Assembly (NCBI GenBank): GCA_964473815.1
Contig: CAYYQK010000003.1
Span: 23,115 to 87,114, forward strand
DNA from: an uncultured Candidatus Saccharibacteria bacterium
Lineage (GTDB): Bacteria; Patescibacteriota; Doudnabacteria; UBA920
Length of the DNA: 64,000 nucleotides
Direction: 5' to 3'
Positions 27,575-36,849 of the stretch are shown here, piece by piece. The notes below the pieces were generated by a model that was given only the letters and a program-made list of their open reading frames with translations, had not been told where the DNA came from and searched no databases. Positions within the stretch are counted from its first letter, which is position 1. Each line of letters begins with the position of its first letter. The translations under genes were made by a program, and so were the position numbers.

Positions 27575-28261
27575 TTAAAGCGCTATGATTTTATTAAAAT
27601 CCTCTGGCAAAAGGGATGCACCGCCTACCAGGGCACCGGCAACATGAGGCTGTTCGAGAAACCCAGCCGCATTACTACCGTTCACACTGCCGCCATACAG
27701 CACTCGCGGCACACCAAATTTCGTACTAATGTATAAACCAATTTGCTCAGCATGCTCCGGAGTCGCGGCATGGTGCGAACCTATCGCCCACACTGGCTCA
27801 TAAGCAACAACAACCTTACGCGGATCCACATCTTCAAGTGCCGCTTGCACTTGCGCGCCAACAACCTCGGCAACTTCTAAAGTATCTTCTTTAACAGTTG
27901 TACCGTATCCAACACAAATAATTGGTGTGACTTTATAATCCAGCAAAGCCTGGACTTTGGCATTTACCTCAGCATCGGTCTCACCCATAGCGCGGCGCTC
28001 GCTGTGCCCCACAATGCAGTACCTTACACCCATGCTCGCCAAAGCCGCCGGCGAAATCTCTCCTGTGTACGCACCTTTAATATAGTGCGAGCAATCTTGC
28101 GCGCCAACATGTGGATATTCGATCGATTCCAAAAACAAAATCGGCGGACACAACACCACATCATTGGTCGTTGATACATCAATCTTGGCAGCCAAAGCCA
28201 CGGCCTCATTGACTGTCATCGGATTCAATTTCCAGTTGCCTACAATTAATTTTCTGGCCAT
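27575..28261 (-). CDS. tpiA: Triosephosphate isomerase
   Basis: VGNWKLN...GHSERR...AYEPVWAIG. Confidence 0.9.
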   Translation of the reverse strand: MARKLIVGNWKLNPMTVNEAVALAAKIDVSTTNDVVLCPPILFLESIEYPHVGAQDCSHYIKGAYTGEISPAALASMGVRYCIVGHSERRAMGETDAEVNAKVQALLDYKVTPIICVGYGTTVKEDTLEVAEVVGAQVQAALEDVDPRKVVVAYEPVWAIGSHHAATPEHAEQIGLYISTKFGVPRVLYGGSVNGSNAAGFLEQPHVAGALVGGASLLPEDFNKIIAL

Positions 28262-28265
28262 ATAT

Positions 28266-29267
28266 TTAATCTCCTCTTAAGAACTTAGCGGTTTCTTCTG
28301 GTGGCATTGGATTAACCGGAATACCGGTCGCATATTCAAAGCCTGCCCAAATTGTTAACCGCGGGAACACAGTTAAGTGCCAGTGGTAACTTCCCTCTTC
28401 GTACTTTGTTAAACTGTCGCGGCGCACCGGCATAGTGTGAATGTAATAGTTCAGTGGTGGATCAGACAATTTTGTATACAAAGTTCCCAAAACTTTTTTA
28501 ATCGAGTGCGCTAAGTGCAAAGTTTCAATTTCAGTAATTTCTTCGTAACGTGCGCTATGACGTTTTGGCAAAATCCAAGTTTCAAACGGCGAACGCGACG
28601 CATAGGCCGAAATCACCATAAAGTGTTCATCTTCGTAAACTAAACGGTCTTGCAACTTCGCCTCTTCCTTCATAATGTCGCAGTAAACGCATGTGCCTTG
28701 ATCCTGAAAATAATGATACCCGCCAGAAATTTCCGCATGAATATGCGGTGGAACCATTGGCGTGGTAATAATCTGATAGTGGGGATGCACCAACGAAGCG
28801 CCGGCATCACGGCCATGATTATGAAAAACTTGAACGTAAGCAGTTTTTTCGTCTTTACTTAATTCAATAATTCGATCCTTAAAATTGCGCAAAGACAGTT
28901 CAATAATTTGCGCGGATTGCAAAGCCACGGGCTCATTGTGCTTCCGAGTAATGATTACTTCGTGCTCGCCGTAGCCACTACGCGCATTATAAAAATCTCG
29001 CTGTGACTGAATAGGCACATGGTCAACAGATTTATACTTGTTTGGAATTACGCGGAGCTGCCAATCTTTAGTGTTGGGAATACGACAGACGTCATCGCAC
29101 AAATCTGGGTTTAAATTTTCATTGCCAGGACAGAACACGCACTTTGGATCAAGTTCTGGCAAGCCTGCCATTACACTGTAAGTTTTAAAATCTTCTGGAC
29201 GTTTATTGCGACCTGGAGCAATTAGCACCCATTGCTTAGTAATGGGATTTTGTCGAAACTGGGACAT
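28266..29267 (-). CDS. galT: Galactose-1-phosphate uridylyltransferase (HIT family)
   Basis: 333 aa with CxxC...HPHYQI (HxHxQ). Two half-barrel HIT repeats. Confidence 0.7.
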   Translation of the reverse strand: MSQFRQNPITKQWVLIAPGRNKRPEDFKTYSVMAGLPELDPKCVFCPGNENLNPDLCDDVCRIPNTKDWQLRVIPNKYKSVDHVPIQSQRDFYNARSGYGEHEVIITRKHNEPVALQSAQIIELSLRNFKDRIIELSKDEKTAYVQVFHNHGRDAGASLVHPHYQIITTPMVPPHIHAEISGGYHYFQDQGTCVYCDIMKEEAKLQDRLVYEDEHFMVISAYASRSPFETWILPKRHSARYEEITEIETLHLAHSIKKVLGTLYTKLSDPPLNYYIHTMPVRRDSLTKYEEGSYHWHLTVFPRLTIWAGFEYATGIPVNPMPPEETAKFLRGD

Positions 29268-29292
29268 TCGGTTTTTATTTTTAAATTTTAAT

Positions 29293-29667
29293 TTATAGCT
29301 TATCTAAATAATTTTGCAAAATAATTTGCGCGGCCAGACTATCGATATCTTTTTTACCCCCTGGAACTTGAGCGGCCATGACCGTAGACAACCGTTCGTC
29401 CATGTACTCAATTGGAATTGAAAATCGTTCGTTAAGCTCGTCAACAAATTCTTGCACCATTCGAGTTGAATCCGTTTGTGCTCCCCCCATGCTCAATGGC
29501 AAACCAACAACAATTCTTTCCACGCCTTCATCGTCAACTAAATCTTCGATTTGTTGCCAAAACTCTTTCGGCGAAACCACCCGCAATTCTCTGGCCAATG
29601 TGTGGGTCTCGTCAGAGATCGCTAGCCCAACGCGTTTTGTACCATAATCGATTCCTAAAATTTTCAT
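29293..29667 (-). CDS. ruvX: YqgF/RuvX putative pre-16S rRNA nuclease (RuvC-like resolvase)
   Basis: MKILGIDYGTKRVGLAISD ... GLPLSMGG. Confidence 0.8.
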   Translation of the reverse strand: MKILGIDYGTKRVGLAISDETHTLARELRVVSPKEFWQQIEDLVDDEGVERIVVGLPLSMGGAQTDSTRMVQEFVDELNERFSIPIEYMDERLSTVMAAQVPGGKKDIDSLAAQIILQNYLDKL

Positions 29668-29685
29668 CCGCTTTTTTAAAGGTTG

Positions 29686-30924
29686 TTAATTACTCGAACC
29701 TAACGTTATATCAATATTTTTCTCAGAACCGTTACTATATACTTTAAAAGATACGCGATCGCCTGGTTTAAAGGACTTCAATAAGTAGGTCAGTGAATTG
29801 TCTTCGTTGATTGGTTGGCCATTTACTTCCAGGATAATATCGCCTTCTTTCAGGCCAGCTTGCGCTGCGGGGCTGCCAGGCACAACCGCGAAATCAGCAG
29901 GAGTACTTCCCGGCACAAGCAACGCGCCATGGTCACGTGCCAGCTTCTCTTGGTCAGCAATCGCCTTGGTAATAACCATGTAACGCACCCCGACAAATGG
30001 GCGCACAATCTTACCTTCACGCGTGTAACTATCCAAAGCAACTTTAGCGTCGTTAGCAGGCAAAGCAAATCCTACAGACTGACTCCCAGAGGCTACGGCT
30101 GTATTAATCCCAACTACTTGCCCGGCAAAGTTTAACAATGGTCCACCGGAGTTACCAGGATTGATGGCCGCATCAGTTTGAATCACGCCTTCGAGCTGTT
30201 CGCTGCCTGTGCGATCACCTGCCATAATATGCCGCGACAAACCAGACACCACACCGCTAGTCACAGTATTCTGAAATTGCCCTAATGAATTACCAATTGC
30301 GATTACATGTTGGCCGAGTTCGAGCTTATTGGAATCCGCAAATTCTAAGTATGGCGCATTGTTAATATCAACTTTGACAATTGCTAAATCATTCGACGGG
30401 TCAGTTGTCAAAACTTTTGCATCATACTTTTGACCATCACTTGTAACGACTGTATACTTTGCCGTCGTATCAGCAACAACATGTTTATTAGTTAAAATCA
30501 AACCATCTTTACTTACAAAGAAACCACTTCCAGCACCAACTTCCTGCAAAGTGGAAGAATTAGACGGGCCGCCATTACCATAACCGAAGAAATCAAACGG
30601 AAATGAATTGTTAATTTGTTTGGAAATCACTATAGACACAACTGCGGGGCTAGCTTTTTTTACCACCTCAGTAATCGCTGAGTCCTCTTGCAATACTAAA
30701 TTCTGATTCACTGTCTGCGAACCAGTTCCATTCTTTCCGAACAATTTTTGAATTTCCGGGCGGTTGGCTAAATTAATCGAACCATAAAGTCCGCCAATCA
30801 TCCCCGTAACCAATCCAACAACAACCATTGTCAAAAACATCCGGCCACCAGATAATGGCGGATGTGCTGGTTTGGTTTGCTCTGATGTTGTTTCTTCTTC
30901 TGGTTGGTTATTATAATCTTCCAT
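29686..30924 (-). CDS. HtrA/DegP-family serine protease with PDZ domain
   Basis: TM anchor, TNKHVV, GNSGGPL catalytic motifs, C-terminal PDZ. Confidence 0.8.
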   Translation of the reverse strand: MEDYNNQPEEETTSEQTKPAHPPLSGGRMFLTMVVVGLVTGMIGGLYGSINLANRPEIQKLFGKNGTGSQTVNQNLVLQEDSAITEVVKKASPAVVSIVISKQINNSFPFDFFGYGNGGPSNSSTLQEVGAGSGFFVSKDGLILTNKHVVADTTAKYTVVTSDGQKYDAKVLTTDPSNDLAIVKVDINNAPYLEFADSNKLELGQHVIAIGNSLGQFQNTVTSGVVSGLSRHIMAGDRTGSEQLEGVIQTDAAINPGNSGGPLLNFAGQVVGINTAVASGSQSVGFALPANDAKVALDSYTREGKIVRPFVGVRYMVITKAIADQEKLARDHGALLVPGSTPADFAVVPGSPAAQAGLKEGDIILEVNGQPINEDNSLTYLLKSFKPGDRVSFKVYSNGSEKNIDITLGSSN

Positions 30925-30945
30925 ACTAAATTAATCTAATTTTTC

Positions 30946-32532
30946 TTAACTGCCTGTTGTCGGTGGAGTTTGGTAAGTAGTTTGCGGGATTGGAGCGATC
31001 GGTTTGATCTGTGGGGTTTTCAAACAAACATTTGTTTCCCCCAACACTCCGAGCCCACCTGCACTCGCTCCAGCTCCGATTGGTGTAAATACGAATTTAT
31101 TAATTAAACTTTCTGTGATCCCGGCGACTAAAGTACTGATCGGGTTATCAGCATTGCTGGTTCCCAGTTGAATTGTTCCAGAGATAGCTGCCGACTGCGT
31201 ATTAAATATTGTCGACATGGTCTTGTTGATTTGACCAGAAATAATATCACGTCCTGATTTCAAACCAGGGCTTAAAACTTCTTTAGTTGCAGCCTGATCC
31301 GCTTGTTGCTGGGCAGTACTAGCTAAGGTTGTGTAATATTCTTCCCACCAGTTTGGATAGTTCTTTTCGTCCCCACCTAATTGAGCCAACTTATCTAAGA
31401 AGTGCGGATCATTTGGATCTATGACGATATTTGAACCCTGATTGGTGCGCGCCTTAGCAACATAAATTTTCTTTAACTCGCCTGGCTTTGCATCAACACA
31501 GAAATACTGAGGCAAAAACTTTTGAATAATATCCTGATCAACCGGATCGCTAACAAATTTCTTCATGTATTCCTGGGTATAGTAACGGCCCAGATCGTTC
31601 GAATAGTAAAGTTGGCTGGCAATGGCAAAGTTCTTTTCGATTTTCCCCATCAATTTGTCGAGCATGTTTACTGCAAATTTTCCAAACGAATTCGCCAAAG
31701 CTATTTTTATACCATCCCGAACCGCAGCTTGGATATCTACCACAGCCCATTGCGCCTGAGCTGTTTTCACGCCAGGTAAACCTGATTGAGCAAAGTCAGT
31801 TTGCTGCATCGCATCGTTTAAAGCATACTTTGCGCTCAGCTTAGACATTTGCGAACTGGCTTCATCAAGTCGGTTATTAATGGCTAAGTAATGACCATAA
31901 ACATTTGACCAGGGTTCAGCGTTGGTTCCGTTGGCATAATCTTTAGCAGTCGCCAAAAATGAATTGTAACTAGTGTAAGCTGCTAAATAATCTTTTTGTA
32001 ATTCAACAGCGTCACGCGGTACAGATAAGCTACGGATATTCGCTAACAAGTTTGTAGTATTGGCTTGTGCGGTTTGAATTTTGTCAGTGTTGGCATTATC
32101 TTGAAATGCTTCCGAGGCGGAAACCTGCGTACTCGAATTATAATTGGTGATCATTGAGCCCAAGCTGTTCATATACTGAACTACTGATGGCTGATCATTA
32201 CGCGCTGCAAGTTTAATATCGCTGTCAGGAATAGTTGGTACGACTACTTTTTGTTTTGCGTTCAGATCAGTTTCAACTTCTTCGCGAACCACATCTTCAC
32301 TGGCGACTTTTTTCAAAAGTTGCTGGCTCGCAGCATAATCAGGCTGAACGCTATCAAGCAAAGCCTGATACTGCTTTGTCTCCTCCTCTGCCGCTTTTTT
32401 CTGAGCATCATAATTCGTAGTGTCTTTAAATCCAAAAGTACCTGGGTTCACCAAAGTTATGGTGCCCAAAATTGCGATTATCACGACAATAAAGCCGATG
32501 AGATATTTTCGCGGGATTTCATTGAATTCCAT
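30946..32532 (-). CDS. Signal-anchored secreted hypothetical protein (528 aa)
   Basis: N-terminal TM, then a long Q/A/N-rich helical region and a C-terminal T/P-rich tail. Confidence 0.55.
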   Translation of the reverse strand: MEFNEIPRKYLIGFIVVIIAILGTITLVNPGTFGFKDTTNYDAQKKAAEEETKQYQALLDSVQPDYAASQQLLKKVASEDVVREEVETDLNAKQKVVVPTIPDSDIKLAARNDQPSVVQYMNSLGSMITNYNSSTQVSASEAFQDNANTDKIQTAQANTTNLLANIRSLSVPRDAVELQKDYLAAYTSYNSFLATAKDYANGTNAEPWSNVYGHYLAINNRLDEASSQMSKLSAKYALNDAMQQTDFAQSGLPGVKTAQAQWAVVDIQAAVRDGIKIALANSFGKFAVNMLDKLMGKIEKNFAIASQLYYSNDLGRYYTQEYMKKFVSDPVDQDIIQKFLPQYFCVDAKPGELKKIYVAKARTNQGSNIVIDPNDPHFLDKLAQLGGDEKNYPNWWEEYYTTLASTAQQQADQAATKEVLSPGLKSGRDIISGQINKTMSTIFNTQSAAISGTIQLGTSNADNPISTLVAGITESLINKFVFTPIGAGASAGGLGVLGETNVCLKTPQIKPIAPIPQTTYQTPPTTGS

Positions 32533-32593
32533 TTTTGTTTTTTGTTTCTAATTAATAATACAGTTGATTTTTGAATTTATTTCGGCTTACCGG

Positions 32594-34183
32594 CTATTCA
32601 ACCAGTTCTCCACCGAAGACTTTGAGCGCGTCGCTGATAGCGTCGACTGTGGTGACGACTGTTGAGTCGGGTTGATTTCTGTTTATTTCCGCTCGGAATT
32701 GCAAGTTTTTGCCACTGACTTGCTGAATGGAGTCTAGTATAAGCGCAGCGTGTTTTTTGTTGTCGAGGTGCTCTTTATGAAATAGATATTTAACTGAGAT
32801 TATAATACGGCCGTTTTCTACTTCGGTAACAGGAGAGTTTTTTAAGAGGGTGGCAATCGGACTGTTTTCCGTTTTGACTTTAGCCACAACTTCAGGCCAC
32901 CATTGAAGCAAATCTTCTAAAGTTTGGTCTGTGTGAATTTTTTGTGGAGTTTCTTCTGTCTCGGTAACATCAATTTTTGCTGTTTTTTCAGTTTTAATTT
33001 CGACGCGTGGTTCAGGGGTTGATTCTTTTTGTACTGCATTTTGCGTTGCTGGTTGCGAAGTTGCTTGTTGCGGAGCTGTTTGTTGCGCGGCTTGCGAAGC
33101 GCTGGCAACCTGCCCAAACATACTTCCTTCAATGGCTGCGAGCAATAATGGTAGATCTGGTGAAGGGCTCGAGCTTAACTCTTTGTACGAACGCAAAAAC
33201 AATCGGATTACAAATAGTAACTGAGGAAGTGCAACAGTAGAGGTTTGCTGAGCAAATAAATCATTATTTTTCAAAAGCGGATCAGAAGGTTGCGCGTTTG
33301 TTAATTTTACATTCAAAACATGTCGCAAATACACTAAAATTGTGCGGTTAAATACTTGTGCATCAGCACCTCCGCTTAAGGCGGTATCAAAAAATTCCGG
33401 CAAGCTGGCTGATTGCTTTGTAATAATTAATTCCACTAAATTTTGCACCGTTGCTAAAGGGGTTACACCAAGCAATGCCTGAGCATCTTCGAGAGTTATT
33501 TTACTCCCTAACGAAGCGACCATATCGAGACGAGTTAAAGCATCGCGCATACTGCCTTCGGACTGAGCAACAACTGCATCAATGACGCCTTGAGGAAATT
33601 TTAGTTTTTCGCCTTTTGCAATTTCATTTAAAGCATCGGACATTTGTTGCGATGGAATGCGCTTAAAGTCAAAACGCTGAGTGCGAGAAATAATTGTGTC
33701 CGGAACTTTTTCAATGTCAGTGGTAGCTAAAATAAACATAGCGTGTTCTGGCGGTTCTTCCAAAGTTTTGAGCAGCGCGTTAAAAGCGGCTTTGGAAAGC
33801 ATGTGAACTTCATCAATGATGAAGACTTTTTTGGTCATGCTGGAAGGGCGGAACTGAGCATGTTCAATAAACTCGCGGACATTGTCTACGCCAGTGTGTG
33901 ATGCAGCATCAATTTCTAAAATGTCGAGCGAATTGCCGCCAGCAATGCTTGCACAAACGTCGCATTTACCGCACGGATCACCATCTTTTATATTTGGGCA
34001 ATTGGCTGCCTTAGCGAGCAAGCGAGCCAAAGTAGTCTTTCCTACCCCACGGCTGCCAGTGAACAAATAAGCATGTGCTAATTGGCCTGCATTTGCAGCA
34101 TTTTTGAGTGTTTGAACAATCGATTCTTGTCCAACCACCTCAGCAAAGCGCTGGGGCCGATATTTTTGATAAAATGCAGCCAT
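32594..34183 (-). CDS. dnaX: DNA polymerase III subunit gamma/tau
   Basis: YRPQRF...GSRGVGKTT...CGKCDVC zinc module...IDEVHML. Confidence 0.85.
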   Translation of the reverse strand: MAAFYQKYRPQRFAEVVGQESIVQTLKNAANAGQLAHAYLFTGSRGVGKTTLARLLAKAANCPNIKDGDPCGKCDVCASIAGGNSLDILEIDAASHTGVDNVREFIEHAQFRPSSMTKKVFIIDEVHMLSKAAFNALLKTLEEPPEHAMFILATTDIEKVPDTIISRTQRFDFKRIPSQQMSDALNEIAKGEKLKFPQGVIDAVVAQSEGSMRDALTRLDMVASLGSKITLEDAQALLGVTPLATVQNLVELIITKQSASLPEFFDTALSGGADAQVFNRTILVYLRHVLNVKLTNAQPSDPLLKNNDLFAQQTSTVALPQLLFVIRLFLRSYKELSSSPSPDLPLLLAAIEGSMFGQVASASQAAQQTAPQQATSQPATQNAVQKESTPEPRVEIKTEKTAKIDVTETEETPQKIHTDQTLEDLLQWWPEVVAKVKTENSPIATLLKNSPVTEVENGRIIISVKYLFHKEHLDNKKHAALILDSIQQVSGKNLQFRAEINRNQPDSTVVTTVDAISDALKVFGGELVE

Positions 34184-34192
34184 ATTACCCTA

Positions 34193-34201
34193 ATTATACC
34201 A
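34193..34201 (-). promoter_or_regulatory. Extended -10 TGGTATAAT only 9 nt upstream of the dnaX ATG (possible leaderless transcript)
   Basis: Plus strand reads ATTATACCA at 34193-34201. The dnaX ATG is at 34183-34181. Confidence 0.3.
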
Positions 34202-34264
34202 TACAAACTGCGCATCTAAAAACCGCCGGAAGGGCGGTTTATCGATAATATCTTTAAGAAATTT

Positions 34265-34933
34265 CTACCTGCGGAACACAATTACTTTATAGCCAATAAA
34301 GTTCCAAATTAACGACAAGCAGGTGGCAGCAACTTTAGCTAAATTTTTGACGATATCAGGATTCAAGTTAAACTGCATGATGATATTTGAGAAAAATGGC
34401 CAATCGCTTGCTTTTACTGCCAAAACTACGACCGCACTGTTTATTACCAGGCCAATAACACTAACAATAAGGAAACTTACGAATTGCGTGCTGGTATTTC
34501 CTGGTCCTGTCAGACTTAAACCAAAGGCCATCCACAAAATGAACTCGATAACAATAAAACTTACTAAAACTAAGAGATAAAACAGATTACTGGCATCTAA
34601 TCCTGCCCCAACAAAAACTGCGACAAAGGCAGCAAAGCCTAAACCACCAACCATTACTAAACGAAAAGCGTTCTGAAACAGAGTCATATTCACATTTTGA
34701 GCAAAAGCCCAGGCTTTATTCCAAAAATAGCTTTGAATTACTGCGGCACTAAAACTGAGCACGTTTAAAACGCCAAGCGGTAAGCCGGCTCCGATATCAA
34801 AAGTCTTAGTAATAAAATTCAAAATGATAAAATCGAGAGCGGTGTTTAATGCACCGATTGCGGCGAATCGCAAAATTTGTAACACAATTGGGCGACGCTG
34901 CAAGAGACTATTGATGCTGTCTGCAAATGGCAT
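34265..34933 (-). CDS. GtrA-family membrane protein (tandem GtrA-like halves)
   Basis: 222 aa with FAAIGALNTALDF ... NFIGYKVIVFRR. Confidence 0.6.
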   Translation of the reverse strand: MPFADSINSLLQRRPIVLQILRFAAIGALNTALDFIILNFITKTFDIGAGLPLGVLNVLSFSAAVIQSYFWNKAWAFAQNVNMTLFQNAFRLVMVGGLGFAAFVAVFVGAGLDASNLFYLLVLVSFIVIEFILWMAFGLSLTGPGNTSTQFVSFLIVSVIGLVINSAVVVLAVKASDWPFFSNIIMQFNLNPDIVKNLAKVAATCLSLIWNFIGYKVIVFRR

Positions 34934-34971
34934 TTTTTTATTTAAGATTTATTGATAAATTTGATTGGAAT

Positions 34972-35580
34972 TTAGAGTTCTTCGGCCTCGGGTTCTATGT
35001 CGGCTTCAATATCAGCCATATCTGGATTCATTCCCCCACCCTCGCCATGTTTGATAACATGCTCGACTGCAGCCCAGTCGCTATCGACATCTTGTGGGAG
35101 AACAATAGTAACTTCGTCACCGGCATCGGCTTTAAAGTAAGTCAAAGAAGCCAGTAAAACTTTATAGGCCTTACCTTCGGCCAAAACTTTGTAGTCGCCT
35201 TTTTCATCTTGCATCAAAACACCCATGACTTTGCGGCGTTCTACTGGACCGATTTGTTTGTAAATAAATGAGCCGTCCTCGGCAATAGTCAATTTAAGTA
35301 CATCACCTTCGACAAGCTTACTTTTTGAAGCATAGTTAGCAGGTACAGGATATTGTTTGCCTTCTGGGCCGATCATATTTTGTCCATCGAAAACTCCTTC
35401 GATGACTTTATCACCTTCAGATGTGGCCAGGCCGCTAGCCTTTTCGAAAACAGCCGAAGTAGAGGTGCGCACAGGGCCAAGTCCACCGCTTTCACGGAGG
35501 AGCTGTTTGGCTGACTGAATATTCTTTTCAGCAGCGTCGATCATTTGCATGACCAATGCTAAATTGGCAGATTTGTCCAT
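34972..35580 (-). CDS. Hypothetical soluble protein (202 aa) with acidic C-terminus
   Basis: No recognisable motif. Extended -10 upstream (35649-35657). Confidence 0.5.
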   Translation of the reverse strand: MDKSANLALVMQMIDAAEKNIQSAKQLLRESGGLGPVRTSTSAVFEKASGLATSEGDKVIEGVFDGQNMIGPEGKQYPVPANYASKSKLVEGDVLKLTIAEDGSFIYKQIGPVERRKVMGVLMQDEKGDYKVLAEGKAYKVLLASLTYFKADAGDEVTIVLPQDVDSDWAAVEHVIKHGEGGGMNPDMADIEADIEPEAEEL

Positions 35581-35648
35581 AAAGGTGGGTTTCTTTTATT
35601 TTTGTTTACTTTTTTGTTTGGGTTTCGTTTGCTATAAACGCTGTGGAT

Positions 35649-35657
35649 ATTATACCA
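35649..35657 (-). promoter_or_regulatory. Extended -10 TGGTATAAT
   Basis: Plus strand reads ATTATACCA, about 60 nt upstream of the ATG at 35580. Confidence 0.3.
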
Positions 35658-35785
35658 CATGTACTATGAAAAACAAGTAAAATTTTGCACATCTATTCAC
35701 TTGCATTTATCTAAAGAATACAGTATAATAAATTACCTTAATTCTAGCTGCGCTAGGGGTAAGGAAACTAAAACGGAGGTAATAT

Positions 35786-36721
35786 ATGCAGAGAAAAAAA
35801 CTCGTTCTAAGCGGGCTGATGATTTTTGTGATTTTCATCAGCAGCTTTGGTACGGTCATCACCGCATCTGCCCAAACAAGCAGCCATAAAGAACTGGTTG
35901 CTATAAAGGTAGATAAACACGGTCGACTGACCGACAGTCATGGCAAAAAACGTGACTGGCGACTGTTCGTATTTACCTATTTCGACAGTTCTGGCAAAAA
36001 GCCTCTTCCATTAGGGCATGCTCGAAAGCGAAGTAAGGTAATGTTTATTGATGCAAAGCTACTGAAAATAGATCCCTTCATGGATAAAAAATCAGCAGCC
36101 TACAAAAAATTGCGAGCATACATGCGCGCAGAAAAGAAACATCATCCAAATAAACGCGGTCCCAGAAAAAAAACCGGCACCAAAAACACTTCGGACTCTC
36201 CAGCAACATCAAAGACTGAAGCCGGACAAACACCCCCCGCGGCGACTAACATTCCTGTTAGCAAGCTAGAACCATCACCTGCTCCTACGGTGGCACCAGC
36301 GCAAGGCGTTACAACGGAAGAAGGGGCGGAACAAAGCATTGAGACGTGGTTTGGTGGTAACTTTGCCGGAATGTCTTTTTTACTTCTGGCGCTAGCGTGT
36401 TTAATACTTTTATACGTTCAAGCGTTCTGGCAGGTTAGGGCTTTCTCCAAAAGGTCTAAAACCTCCAGCCCTTCGCCAAGGGTAAAAAAACCCGCTCGTA
36501 CAGTCACTACCATAAACCCGGTGGGAGCAAAAACAGTTGGAACCCCAAACACTTTTGTATTCACTGGAAGCCAAAATCTTAGAATATGGTGGAATGCATA
36601 TTTACACAAAGACACCGTACTCGCTCGCCTCTTGGCGCGCATCACGGAAAAGTTCAGGCAACGAAAACAAAGACGCGAAGCCAAACGTCGAAGACCTGGA
36701 TCAATCCTTAATATCCTATAG
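35786..36721 (+). CDS. Secreted/membrane hypothetical protein (311 aa): signal peptide, lysine-rich region, internal TM
   Basis: GGAGG SD. Signal peptide ending ...TASAQT. Second TM MSFLLLALACLILLYV. Basic C-terminal tail. Confidence 0.5.
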   Translation: MQRKKLVLSGLMIFVIFISSFGTVITASAQTSSHKELVAIKVDKHGRLTDSHGKKRDWRLFVFTYFDSSGKKPLPLGHARKRSKVMFIDAKLLKIDPFMDKKSAAYKKLRAYMRAEKKHHPNKRGPRKKTGTKNTSDSPATSKTEAGQTPPAATNIPVSKLEPSPAPTVAPAQGVTTEEGAEQSIETWFGGNFAGMSFLLLALACLILLYVQAFWQVRAFSKRSKTSSPSPRVKKPARTVTTINPVGAKTVGTPNTFVFTGSQNLRIWWNAYLHKDTVLARLLARITEKFRQRKQRREAKRRRPGSILNIL

Positions 36722-36849
36722 TGTCTGTGTAATGGATCTATTCCACTACAAACCAATGATGGGTTTAAATGCATTCCTAATCATTGCAGAGTTTAAATAC
36801 AGTCTCTGATTTTTCTCAAAACAATAACTATCGACTTTGCAGTCGGTTT

